Below are positions 44,504 to 54,792 of a stretch of DNA of 64,000 nt, in pieces. The position numbers and the translations under genes were made by a program. Origin of the DNA: a virus (Duplodnaviria; Caudoviricetes); IMG/VR virus record IMGVR_UViG_3300032321_001270, positions 32,001 through 96,000 of that record. One strand, 5' to 3'. The notes under the pieces were generated by a model. That model saw only the letters and a program-made list of their open reading frames with translations, searched no databases and had not been told where the DNA came from. Numbering within the stretch: position 1 is the first letter of the stretch; each line of letters starts with the position of its first letter.

Positions 44504-47500
44504 TCAGAAGGGTGCTGTGGGCGGCGTGAAGTCGCTTGTGTAGAGCGCCTGTTTTATAATGCGAACTTCATCAATAATTACGTTAGATTCAAACCCGCCG
44601 GCTGTTGGTACGAAACCGAGGCACAAAATATACGGCCCCGGTTCTGGCGCTTGCGTGCTGGTACTTACGGCAACGCCCTTCACGTATAGCGTTGACGTGC
44701 CATTAGAGCGAACAACGGCGATGTGGGTCCACTCTCCAACGTTTGCGCCGCCGCCCTGCAATGCGCCAGAAAAACCGTTATTGCATTCAACGGGTCCGCT
44801 TGAAGCGATGCAAAGATGCAATCCACCAAAATAGCTATAGATATCATCAGAAGCGCTCAAGAACAACAAAGTGCTGTAATTAAAATTTGACTGACGGTAA
44901 GCCCAGCATTCAATGGTGAAATCGCCAGTCGAAAGGTCAGGTACGTTGCGCGTGGTTGACGCAAAACCGGTTTGATTGTTGCAGTTGTACGCCGCGGCGC
45001 CAAACATCTTGGTTGACGTATCAAATACACCCGGCGGCGTCGGGAAAGTTAAACCCGTCGGAGATGAATCGACAAGGTTTGACGGGCCGTCGCAGTGCAA
45101 GAGTAGTACCGGTAAAACCGGCGCATAAAAATTGACAAACACGGGGTAAAAATTACTTTCGTACCGCGCGGCCTGCGTCAGGCGCATGTTTGACATATAC
45201 ACGTTGGCATACATATCAAAGTCGTGCCCGTCGATTGTTTCCCAGTACGCGGGGTTTCCGCTACAACTCGGCGACTGATTCACGGAACAAGCGTTAACGC
45301 CGTCCACAAATAACGCTGTAAATTGCCCAGCTTTTCCGACCAAGGCAATATGTTGCCAACGCCCAAGTTTGACAATGTTTGCCGCTGTGCGCGCCACAAA
45401 CCCGGCCCCGTCAGCCGGCAGGCACCCGCCACTGTTTATGCTCAAACTCTTGTCACCCCACATTACAATAGTGCATGGATCTCCGCCGTCACTGCGCAGC
45501 ACAAGAAACGCAGAATCATTTGCCCCACGAGACGGGTCCACAGATTCGGTGTACAGCCAGAACTCATAAGTAAAATCTTGCGTGATGTCTGGCAAGAAAC
45601 CAGAGCCATCCATTCCGGCGTTTGAATACATGCCGACGCCCTGAGTCCCGTATAGTGCCGTGGTGTTTGGACAGCCTTGCGGCGCTGTTGTGAACGACGG
45701 CAACGAGTTGCCGGGCGCATGCCAGTTTGTAGACAGATCAGATGCGCTCGTGAAATGATTCAGGTATTTTACATCAGCGGAATACGGGTCACTGGCTGGT
45801 TCAAAACTCGGCCCGCCAAACGCTTGCGTGGGCGGCGTGAAGTTTTCGGTGTAGACCGCCTCGCCCTTGACGATGCGGAGTTCGTCGATGTAGCCGTGGA
45901 AGAACTCGCCGCTGCTGCCCTGCTGTGCGATCCACAAATCCGCGCCATTATCAGGTTGAACGGCCCACGGCCCAGAATCCGCCAAAACGCCGTCGACGTA
46001 CAGCGACATAGTTCCGTTCTGGTAGCACGCCGCAACGTGGTACCACTGATTCAAATTCAACTCAAACGGCGTCATCAATTCAGAAACGCCTCCGCTGCTA
46101 TTAGCGCTAAGATATAAATTCCTTGTCGCCGGATTACTAAAACCACACAACCACTGCCAGTTGACCCCGGTTCGGCGAGTAATAACCGTTGTGTAACTAT
46201 CTGCATACGAAAGCATATGCATCCAGAATTCAACCGTAAACGGCTCGTCGCCAGTCAAATTAAATGCGTCGTTTGATGCAATTTGTAAATAACTGTTGTT
46301 AACAAAATCAAAATACGCAATTGTCGGACCAAATTTAGTCTCGTTTGTGCTGATTTGAGCGTTGCCGCCGGCGGTTACAGTTAGCATATTTGGCGACGAA
46401 TCAATGAACTGGTTGTCGCCGTCAATGCCGTCAAAGTGCAGGAGCAATGATGTTGTTCCGCTAGACGAAACAATAGGCGGCGCGGTTACAAACTTGTCAG
46501 CAAGATACTTCTCGACGGCCGCAAGCGCCGCAACGCCCAGTTTGTGGTCGTAATGAACCACGGCGGCGATGTCACCTTGCAGCGATTCTGGGGACTGAAA
46601 TGAGCCTCCAAAACCTAAGAGAAGTTCGGCGCCGGCCATAGAGGCCATGTCAGCGTACAGCGTTTCAGAAACTTCTTCTCCGTTTATGCGCAACTTTAAC
46701 AACCCAGCAGCGTCGACTGTGTAACTGATTAATGTCCAGTCAATCGGCAGGGTTGTTGGAAAACCACCACACTCTGCAGCGTTATAATTTCCAGTGCACG
46801 ATGCGTTGTACAACTCCAACCTGCCTTGCGGTTTGTGTACATTTAGCGTTAAACCGTCGAGTTGGCTAAAGTCGGTCCCCGCCGCTGGTTGAAAACTAAT
46901 GATTCTTGCGTAATCGTTGTCGTTGGCTGTTTGCCGCACTACAACAAAACCGCTGGAGTTCTTCAAGTTGAACTGGTGGTTGACCTGCATCACGTTCGGG
47001 TCGCCGTTGAAGTGCACGGCATTCTTACCCGTCGGCGTGGCGCTGATTGCCAGTGTCGGAACAGGGGCGTAATCAGCGTTAGCGGCATTGTTGTTACTGC
47101 CGCTCATGTCACCCCAACCGAGAACCGTATCGTTGAAGGTCGTGAAATCAGAATCAGCGCCGTCCAGCCAGAGATCATTGCCTGTGATAAGTTTGGGCGT
47201 GAAGGGGCCGATAAACGGCTGGGTGGGTGGCGTGAAATCAGTGGTGTAGACAGCCGTGCCCTTGATTACTCGGAATTCGTCAATGTAACCAGTAAACCCG
47301 TCTCCCGCACCTTCTGCCGTCCCTAATGAGGCGGAGGCGCTGAGTGTGAAATCATAGGCCACATTGGTGTCTGCTATCTTTGTTCCGTCAACAAATGCTC
47401 TGACAACACCGCTCTGGCACGTGATTGCGAGATGAAACCACTGGCCTGTAGAAACGCCTAGGGCCTCAATTATAAACCAGCCGTACGGCTGCCGGCCGAT

Positions 47501-50500
47501 CATCAGTTCTCCATAATCTGAAAACACGACAAACAAAGATCCGGCGCAGGTCGCGACCTGCGGACCCAACAACGCCGGATAATTGGAGAATGTTGTGGCG
47601 TTTATCCACATTTCAATTGTGAAATCAGCGGTGCCAAAATGAAATATTTCGGGATCAAAAGACACGCGACTGGAGCCGTCAAAGTACCCGCTTGCCCCAC
47701 CAAATTTGCTTTGAGCAGTTCTAATGACTGCGTTGCCGTTGGCCGTGACTGTCAACGCGTTAGAAGATGAATCCGTGAATGTCGTGCTGCCATTCGCGCC
47801 ATCGAAATGAAGCAGCAAGTCAGCAGTAATCTCGGGCACAAATGGATTCAGGAACGCAGCAGTCGGCGGCGTGAAGTCTGCCGTATAGCGCGCGACGCCC
47901 TTGGTGATGCGGAGGTCGTCGATGTATCCGTACAGCGACCCTTGAACTGACCCGCCATCAAAAAAACCCGCGAAGGTTGGCTGACCGTCATACGGTGACG
48001 AGTCAGTGATCGCCGCGCCTACCATCGCACCGTCTATGAATAACTTCACTGCGCCATTTTCTCTAGCCGCCGCAATGTGATGCCACTCGTTTGATGTTAT
48101 GTAGTGGTCGGAAAACGAGGTGTTTGCATTTGTGCCTTCGTTATACCAGTTCAGAATATTGTTCTGGAGATAGATCGACGGCCTAAAATCTCCGGCGACC
48201 TGCCCGCCCCTCCAGTCAGCGAGAAACACAACCTGCTCTTCTTTCAAGTAGACCCACATCTCGACGGTGAAGTCGCCCGATCCGAGGCTTAAATCGCCGG
48301 AAGCGGACAGTCGACACTGCGCGCCATCATTGTAGTAAGACGATCCTCCAAACTTGCTCTCGGTCGTGCTGATGTACGCGCTGCCATTTGCAGTCACCGT
48401 GTTCTGCAGATACGAATTATCTGTAAATACCGTACTGCCATCCGCGCCGTCCATGTGCAGAAGCAGGACAACGTCTTCTGCGTACGGGTCGCCAACAGGC
48501 GCTGTATCAATAGGATCTGCAAATTCGCGTGTCGGGGGCGTAAAGTCCGCCGTATAACGCGCGACACCCTTAGTGATGCGAAGGTCGTCGATGTACAAAG
48601 TTGTTCCTGATGACGAAAACTCTGCTACATCTCCGGCTACGGAGCCTATTGATGCGTCGGTAGAGTTAGGCCAGTTTATTGAGTCAGTACTTGTGTATGA
48701 GTCATTCTGCACTCCATCCACAAACAACATGTAATCCGAACCGTTTCGGACTATGGCGAAGTGCTGCCATGAATTGAGCGGCAAATCAGTTGCAGAACCC
48801 AAGAATGGCATTTGCCAACTGCCGTCTATTTTGGCGTCTACACGAAGTTTGCCGTCCGTATACACGTAGCAATTCAGTCCTTCAGGCACATTGGCCGATC
48901 TGCCATTGCCAAAAACTCCCACTTGAGACCCGACCGACGACGCTCCGATGTAGTGCCACCATTCAATGGTGAAGTCACTTTCTCCAAAATTGAATGTTTC
49001 GGCAGGAAATTTGATAAAACTTCCGTCACCTTCAAACTTACCGCTGCCATTACCAAATTTGACAGTTGTCAAATCAATCCGCGCGCCGCCGCTGGTCGTG
49101 ACCTCGTGGTGATACTTGGAATTGTCGTAGAAGTAGGTGACAGGTGTTTCGGGCGCAGTCATGGCGCTAAGCGGGGCTGATGGAGGCGTAAAATTCGCAG
49201 TATACACCGCAAAGCCTTTCACGATGCGAAGTTCATCGATGTAGCCGTGGTATGCATCTACGCTGGCTAACTCGTGCGCTCCGCAACCAATTGTGAGTGG
49301 TTGAGCCGCGCCAAGATCTATTACGCCGACGTCTTCTTCAAAAGCGATTACGCCGTCAACGAACACTCGAATAACCGTACCCGCGCGTGTCAGCGCCACA
49401 TGCGCCCATTGCTCTAGCGGCACAGAAACATTGCCAGAATTATTCAACCAATAAAAAGAGTTGCCGGCAAGATAGAGCGCATCGCCGGCGGTGAGCCGCC
49501 ACAAAATTCCATTCGCATATGTGCCAACAGACACAACTGAATTTCTAGTGGCGGAAAACATATACGTAAACATTTCGATGGTAAAATCGCCAGTGCCAAA
49601 ACCAAATAGCGGCGATTCTTCGTATGTCAACGTAGCCACCGGATCGCCAGAGAAATAGCCGCTAGAACCGCCGAACTGATTCTGCTCTGTCGAAATTAAC
49701 GCATTAGAAGAATTTATTGGCATTAGCGCATTATTACTGCTATCTGTAAATGAATCACTGCCGTCGGCGCCGTCAAAGTGGAGTAGCAGCGCCGCGGGTA
49801 ATCCGCCGGCGCTGAACGGCGCTGTCGGCGGCGTGAAGTTATCCGTGTACAGGGCCGTGCCGTTTGTGATTCTGAGTTCGTCCACGTAGCCGTCGTTTAT
49901 CGGGCTTTGGTTGTTGCCCCAAACGCCAATTCTAAAATCAGCCGCCGCTACGGGGTCAGAAACTCCAGAGTCATTTTGCGCCTCCACTTGCCCGTTTAAA
50001 AACAGAGTGAAGACAGAACCCTGACGCACGAAAGCGATATGGTTCCAATCATTCAGTGTCACATAATTACTACCAAAAACACCGTTTGCAAGATCCCAAC
50101 CGCCGCCGCTGCTCGCCCACATACCGATTCTGCCGTCCAAGTACATCATCACGCCATATGTAAAATCGTTGGCGCCGGCGAACAAACACTGGCAACCGCC
50201 ATTCCCGCCGCCGTTGTTATATGTTGTCGGATAAAAGAAACACTCTATCGTAAAATCAGCCGGTAAATCCAATGCGCCATTTACATTTGTTACGGTCAAA
50301 TATCTGGCTGCATGAACGTTTTCATCCGACGGGAAATAGGCGCTTGTGCCGCCGAATTTGCTTTGAGTGTTGGAAAGTTGGATGCCGTCTCCGCCCGTAG
50401 CCGTCGTCGTCAGCGCATTCGCGCCACTGTCAGTAAATGTTGTGCCGCCGTTTGAGCCATCAAAGTGGAGCAGGAGCGCATCGGTTGTGACTGGGCCGGC

Positions 50501-52132
50501 GGTTGTGTTGTTCGGCGACTTGTTCATGTGAAGCAGGAGCGAAACGTTGTCGCCGTAAACATCTGTCGCAAAGTTTTCTTTGCCAAACCCGCCGTTCCAG
50601 AGCATGCCGATGTCAGTAAGACTCAGGGCGCGACTCCAAATACCAATCGAATCCAGCGCGCACGCAACGCTGTTTTGCAAACCACCCTGCTCGCCAACAC
50701 CGACTTGCAGTATGTTCGTGGTGTCAACGAGCGTGCCAGTTACATCCGCGCTATCAGCGAGCACGTTGTCTACGTACAGCCGCGCTTTGCCCGCGTCAGC
50801 ATCGAGCGACAGAACGAAGTGCCGCCACTCGTTCGCGGCAAGTGCAGGATACGCCAGCCGAAACTGACCGCTTGTTGTACGGACATAGGACACCAGTTCG
50901 TTAGTATTTCCACTTTCATCGCCCCAACCAAGTACAAACTGGCCGTCTGGTGCGTTGCCGTCCCAGTTCTGCATGATCTCGCCGAACGTGCCGGTCGTTG
51001 TGGGCAACTTGAACCAGCCTGAGATAGTGAAACTGGGCGTGAGTTTCAGCGTGGGGTGCGACAGGTAATTTGCGCCGCCAGTAAAATTACCGGCATTTCC
51101 AAGCACGCCGGGCACGCTGGCAACAGTGCCGGTTTGCACAAGCGTATTTCCACTGCCACTGATATCTAAACGGCTGCCGTTCTCCTCGTTCATCGGCCAG
51201 AACGCCGTCATGCCGTTGAGAAGCGGGTGCACGACCTGCGTAATTCCCCAGCGGCCCAGCAGATACTCTTCAACCTGCGCCCGCTCTGTGTCGGTAAGTA
51301 CTCGGCTATACAGCACGATTTCGGCAATATCGCCGTTAAACGCGCCAGCAGCATAATCAGCGCGCGACGAACCCAGTGCAAACTGCGTGAACGTACCAAC
51401 CGTGTCTTGCTCTGTGGTTTGAGCCGTCAGGCCATTCAGGCTCGTGGTGAACGACGCCGAATCACAAGCAACCATGTACACAGCCGGCGCGAACGTCGTA
51501 ACTTCTTGCGGCGAATAATAGTTGTCACCAACCCGCGCAGCCACGTGCGTCGCGTCTTGCATAATGCACGGAATAAACCCGCTAGCGTTAGTGTCTGTCG
51601 GGTGGTTCAACGCCGTAAATACACGCCCAGCTGTACTTGTGCCGCGAGGGTTTAATACCACGAACAGCGTGAAGCCGGGCTCTAAATCAAAACTACTGAG
51701 CATGGCGTCATTCGTGCCGTCAAACGTAACGACGCTCAAATCATTGATCGTGTTGCTGGCTGCCGGGCGGTTGGCTTTGAGCGACTGGAAGAAGTGCCGC
51801 TTGTGAATCGACTTGTCATCCCACTGCGCCACTTTGTTATTAACCAGCGACACAAAGTCGGGATCTGCGGCGTCGAGCCACAGCGCCAAACCACTCAGAT
51901 TCGGCGGCGTGAACTCAGGTGTCGTGCCAGCAGACGCGCGGGCTAGTTCGCCACCGTCCACCAAATTAACGTCGGGGTTCGCGTACGGCAGGTCATTCCA
52001 CGCAGTAACGCCGTCGCCAAGTTTAAACTTTCCGGTGTCAATTTCGTGAATGGGTTCTCCGCGCAGCAACACCGGATTGACGGCGTGCAGGTCGGCGGCG
52101 GTACCACGGCGTAATTGAATTTTTGCTGACAT
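44504..52132 (-). CDS. Giant LamG/ConA-array fibre protein with Mtd_N-like anchor
   Basis: IQLRRGTAA..GDGVTAWNDLPY; about 10 modules LLLHFDG...YIDELRI..YT.DFTPPT. Confidence 0.85.
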   Translation of the reverse strand: MSAKIQLRRGTAADLHAVNPVLLRGEPIHEIDTGKFKLGDGVTAWNDLPYANPDVNLVDGGELARASAGTTPEFTPPNLSGLALWLDAADPDFVSLVNNKVAQWDDKSIHKRHFFQSLKANRPAASNTINDLSVVTFDGTNDAMLSSFDLEPGFTLFVVLNPRGTSTAGRVFTALNHPTDTNASGFIPCIMQDATHVAARVGDNYYSPQEVTTFAPAVYMVACDSASFTTSLNGLTAQTTEQDTVGTFTQFALGSSRADYAAGAFNGDIAEIVLYSRVLTDTERAQVEEYLLGRWGITQVVHPLLNGMTAFWPMNEENGSRLDISGSGNTLVQTGTVASVPGVLGNAGNFTGGANYLSHPTLKLTPSFTISGWFKLPTTTGTFGEIMQNWDGNAPDGQFVLGWGDESGNTNELVSYVRTTSGQFRLAYPALAANEWRHFVLSLDADAGKARLYVDNVLADSADVTGTLVDTTNILQVGVGEQGGLQNSVACALDSIGIWSRALSLTDIGMLWNGGFGKENFATDVYGDNVSLLLHMNKSPNNTTAGPVTTDALLLHFDGSNGGTTFTDSGANALTTTATGGDGIQLSNTQSKFGGTSAYFPSDENVHAARYLTVTNVNGALDLPADFTIECFFYPTTYNNGGGNGGCQCLFAGANDFTYGVMMYLDGRIGMWASSGGGWDLANGVFGSNYVTLNDWNHIAFVRQGSVFTLFLNGQVEAQNDSGVSDPVAAADFRIGVWGNNQSPINDGYVDELRITNGTALYTDNFTPPTAPFSAGGLPAALLLHFDGADGSDSFTDSSNNALMPINSSNALISTEQNQFGGSSGYFSGDPVATLTYEESPLFGFGTGDFTIEMFTYMFSATRNSVVSVGTYANGILWRLTAGDALYLAGNSFYWLNNSGNVSVPLEQWAHVALTRAGTVIRVFVDGVIAFEEDVGVIDLGAAQPLTIGCGAHELASVDAYHGYIDELRIVKGFAVYTANFTPPSAPLSAMTAPETPVTYFYDNSKYHHEVTTSGGARIDLTTVKFGNGSGKFEGDGSFIKFPAETFNFGESDFTIEWWHYIGASSVGSQVGVFGNGRSANVPEGLNCYVYTDGKLRVDAKIDGSWQMPFLGSATDLPLNSWQHFAIVRNGSDYMLFVDGVQNDSYTSTDSINWPNSTDASIGSVAGDVAEFSSSGTTLYIDDLRITKGVARYTADFTPPTREFADPIDTAPVGDPYAEDVVLLLHMDGADGSTVFTDNSYLQNTVTANGSAYISTTESKFGGSSYYNDGAQCRLSASGDLSLGSGDFTVEMWVYLKEEQVVFLADWRGGQVAGDFRPSIYLQNNILNWYNEGTNANTSFSDHYITSNEWHHIAAARENGAVKLFIDGAMVGAAITDSSPYDGQPTFAGFFDGGSVQGSLYGYIDDLRITKGVARYTADFTPPTAAFLNPFVPEITADLLLHFDGANGSTTFTDSSSNALTVTANGNAVIRTAQSKFGGASGYFDGSSRVSFDPEIFHFGTADFTIEMWINATTFSNYPALLGPQVATCAGSLFVVFSDYGELMIGRQPYGWFIIEALGVSTGQWFHLAITCQSGVVRAFVDGTKIADTNVAYDFTLSASASLGTAEGAGDGFTGYIDEFRVIKGTAVYTTDFTPPTQPFIGPFTPKLITGNDLWLDGADSDFTTFNDTVLGWGDMSGSNNNAANADYAPVPTLAISATPTGKNAVHFNGDPNVMQVNHQFNLKNSSGFVVVRQTANDNDYARIISFQPAAGTDFSQLDGLTLNVHKPQGRLELYNASCTGNYNAAECGGFPTTLPIDWTLISYTVDAAGLLKLRINGEEVSETLYADMASMAGAELLLGFGGSFQSPESLQGDIAAVVHYDHKLGVAALAAVEKYLADKFVTAPPIVSSSGTTSLLLHFDGIDGDNQFIDSSPNMLTVTAGGNAQISTNETKFGPTIAYFDFVNNSYLQIASNDAFNLTGDEPFTVEFWMHMLSYADSYTTVITRRTGVNWQWLCGFSNPATRNLYLSANSSGGVSELMTPFELNLNQWYHVAACYQNGTMSLYVDGVLADSGPWAVQPDNGADLWIAQQGSSGEFFHGYIDELRIVKGEAVYTENFTPPTQAFGGPSFEPASDPYSADVKYLNHFTSASDLSTNWHAPGNSLPSFTTAPQGCPNTTALYGTQGVGMYSNAGMDGSGFLPDITQDFTYEFWLYTESVDPSRGANDSAFLVLRSDGGDPCTIVMWGDKSLSINSGGCLPADGAGFVARTAANIVKLGRWQHIALVGKAGQFTALFVDGVNACSVNQSPSCSGNPAYWETIDGHDFDMYANVYMSNMRLTQAARYESNFYPVFVNFYAPVLPVLLLHCDGPSNLVDSSPTGLTFPTPPGVFDTSTKMFGAAAYNCNNQTGFASTTRNVPDLSTGDFTIECWAYRQSNFNYSTLLFLSASDDIYSYFGGLHLCIASSGPVECNNGFSGALQGGGANVGEWTHIAVVRSNGTSTLYVKGVAVSTSTQAPEPGPYILCLGFVPTAGGFESNVIIDEVRIIKQALYTSDFTPPTAPF

Positions 52133-52150
52133 GTTTGTTTATTCGTGTGA

Positions 52151-54778
52151 TCAGTTGACGATAGTGGGAGTTAAACCGGCAGTGGAGCGCAAATAGTCGG
52201 CGTCAAAAAACTCTTTTTCAACTTTGAGTATCCTATACAAATCACCCGGAAAATCTACTGCAAAGACGGGGTTAACACCGGGACTAGCGCCGTCACCGGC
52301 ATCTGCGTATTCAACAAGTTGTGGGTGCTGGCCGTTGAAATCAATCACGTGGCTATACGCGCCGTTTTTGTGCAACACGACGTGATAACTACCAAGATAA
52401 CCAGACGGACCGACAGTTGAAAAAATACTGGAACGATGAACGGCTTTATTTTGCGCCAAATCAATTTCGTACATGACACCGCGAGCGTAGGGCGCGCCAT
52501 TTGGAAAATAATTTTGCGCTTTCACCGCCGTAATTGTGCCATTTGCCGTAACGCTATTTGCCGTCGGAAGAGTGTAGGTAAACGTGTTGTTGTCGATTTT
52601 TGTGACCAGAAAAACGCCGTTAAAAGCGCTTTGATTAGCACCGCTGATTTGAACATATGATCCGGTCGTAAACCCGTGGGCGGTCGCAACACCAGTGACA
52701 GTCGTGCCACTTTGAATAAGCGATGTCACAGTTTTCAACGAAATTTGTGAGGCAGCGCCGGCGAAAAAGTTTGTCTGATTATCGAATATTGTGATGACCT
52801 GATTGCCGGGTGTCAGCGGATCTACATGCGGACACCAACGCGCGTGGTGCTGCCCGCAAGTGCCGATGTATTGAAAATTTGCGTGCGTAGGTTCTGAATC
52901 AAGTGTCAGGTATTGCGTGTCCGCTGTAGTTGTTGGGTCAGCGACCGCGGCGAGCGTGACTGACGTTGTTGACGGCGGACCCTGAATCACCCATTTGACC
53001 GCTTTTGTCGTGCCGTCAATGCACATCAAAGCAGAGCAGTTACGCATGCTGCATAACACGTCACCAGTAACTGGGTGCACATCTGCCGAGTTCATATGAA
53101 AAAACGACGAAACCTGAGTGGCAGCCGTCTGATTGAAGTAATTACCGGTCCACCAATCCCACGCAACTTGTCCGGTTGTCGGGGTCTGTTCTTGGATATA
53201 AATACCGTATGCTTTGTCGGTAATCTGTTGTGATCCAGCCGCAGGGGTCGTCGGGAAGGCAACTGTAAGAACGTTGCCGCGGCGGTTAGGCGGGCCGGAG
53301 AGTTGCAACAGTTCGTGCTGCTGCCAGTCAATAATTGGACTTGTGTATGTCGTGCCGTTCTTGGTCGTAGGCAGAAACGAGTAACCACGCGACAATGCCG
53401 CGCTGGCGGTTAAATTGATAACATAACGTTGACCAGATGTACCGTTACGGCGGCTAATGACAACCGTGTTTCGGTCGTTGCCCGGATGATTGATCTGCGG
53501 CAGGCCGGCTTCTTGGCTGTACCAAAACGGCAGACCGTTTTCGTCATAAATGACGTTGTAGTTTGCCGCGTTGATGTCGCGCCGCGATGTGGTCAGGTAA
53601 TAGCCCGGAATGTAGTCCGTCGTTGGCTGCGTCGTAATCGTACCCAGCGGCATGTCCGATGGCAGCAGCCGGATGTAGTAGGCCGAAGAACCAAACGCCA
53701 CTCGAATAATTTTTCCAACAGGCGCGCTATCTGTAATAGCCACGCCATTGACCGTCAGTGTGTACGTGACCGCGTTGCCGAGCGTCGCGGAACTTGTCAG
53801 CACGCCGTAATCGTGAATGTTGGTATTGAACGCGGGAAACAATGCGCCGGTCGAGCCTGCGACAGAGATTGCCAGCGACGCTACCGGCGCGAACGTTGAT
53901 ACGTTGATAAACGACGCGGGATCAATCGGCATCGCTGCGATCGGCGGCAACGAATAAGCAGCGCCGCCACCGTTAAATAATCTTGCGGCCTCGGCGGCTG
54001 TAAGTGCGCGGTCCCAAATACCGGCGCAATCAAAACTCACATTTACTGCGGGATTGAAAGACCCAAACGTTACAACGTCGGATTCGATAGCCGTCAGCGT
54101 GTCTGTCAAACCAGTTGCGGTCGCGTTTAATACGCCGTTTATGTAGATCTTTGCGGCAGCGGCGTTGCTACCGATTGTCTCTCGCACAAGCGTGATGTGC
54201 GTCCACGCGTCAACCGGAATAGCCGCCGCGCTCGTGGCTGGCGACGAGCTGGCTGTTGTTTGTTCAGTCCAACTCAAAGTGCGATTTGAATTTATTTGGA
54301 CGTAACCTGTTTCATTTAGCACACCGAACGGCCCAAACGAAAGAATCGTTGTTTCGACCTCGGGCGCAGCATAGATTTTCAACCAAAACGCAATTGTGCG
54401 TCGCGTAGAAAAAGAATGCGGCGCGTATAAAAAATTAGCATGCGATAACGTCAGTCCGGTGTTTTGAACGCTAGGTGTTGCCGTCGTGGCCGAAACAGGA
54501 ACAAAGAGCGGATGTGAGTTGCCAGATACGTCGGGCACATTACCGACAGTCTGATCAAACAGCCAAAACGCATGAAGACCATTAAGCAGGCTGTCATACA
54601 CAATTTCGCCGCCGTCGACACTGGCGGCTTGCGTTAGCTCAACCACAGTGCCGTCGGCTTTACGTGTAAAAAGTTTGCCGTCCGCGGTATTAACAGCCAA
54701 CTCACCGGCAGACAAATTATCGGCGGCAGGAACAGCGCCAGTTACATCGCTACGCTTATGCTTGATGATATTTGTCAT
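52151..54778 (-). CDS. Tail-fibre-anchored protein: LamG, cadherin-like, arylsulfotransferase-like propeller
   Basis: HKRS..GELAVNTADGKLF anchor; PAFNTNIHDY; QHEL, FHMNS, SMRN, QHHARW. Confidence 0.75.
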   Translation of the reverse strand: MTNIIKHKRSDVTGAVPAADNLSAGELAVNTADGKLFTRKADGTVVELTQAASVDGGEIVYDSLLNGLHAFWLFDQTVGNVPDVSGNSHPLFVPVSATTATPSVQNTGLTLSHANFLYAPHSFSTRRTIAFWLKIYAAPEVETTILSFGPFGVLNETGYVQINSNRTLSWTEQTTASSSPATSAAAIPVDAWTHITLVRETIGSNAAAAKIYINGVLNATATGLTDTLTAIESDVVTFGSFNPAVNVSFDCAGIWDRALTAAEAARLFNGGGAAYSLPPIAAMPIDPASFINVSTFAPVASLAISVAGSTGALFPAFNTNIHDYGVLTSSATLGNAVTYTLTVNGVAITDSAPVGKIIRVAFGSSAYYIRLLPSDMPLGTITTQPTTDYIPGYYLTTSRRDINAANYNVIYDENGLPFWYSQEAGLPQINHPGNDRNTVVISRRNGTSGQRYVINLTASAALSRGYSFLPTTKNGTTYTSPIIDWQQHELLQLSGPPNRRGNVLTVAFPTTPAAGSQQITDKAYGIYIQEQTPTTGQVAWDWWTGNYFNQTAATQVSSFFHMNSADVHPVTGDVLCSMRNCSALMCIDGTTKAVKWVIQGPPSTTSVTLAAVADPTTTADTQYLTLDSEPTHANFQYIGTCGQHHARWCPHVDPLTPGNQVITIFDNQTNFFAGAASQISLKTVTSLIQSGTTVTGVATAHGFTTGSYVQISGANQSAFNGVFLVTKIDNNTFTYTLPTANSVTANGTITAVKAQNYFPNGAPYARGVMYEIDLAQNKAVHRSSIFSTVGPSGYLGSYHVVLHKNGAYSHVIDFNGQHPQLVEYADAGDGASPGVNPVFAVDFPGDLYRILKVEKEFFDADYLRSTAGLTPTIVN

Positions 54779-54792
54779 CTTTTACCCTGTGA

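Noticed and set aside
42203-52132. Diversity-generating retroelement implied by Mtd_N-like anchors
   Set aside because: No reverse transcriptase and no adenine-mismatched TR/VR pair were seen in the window; the anchor domain is common without a DGR.
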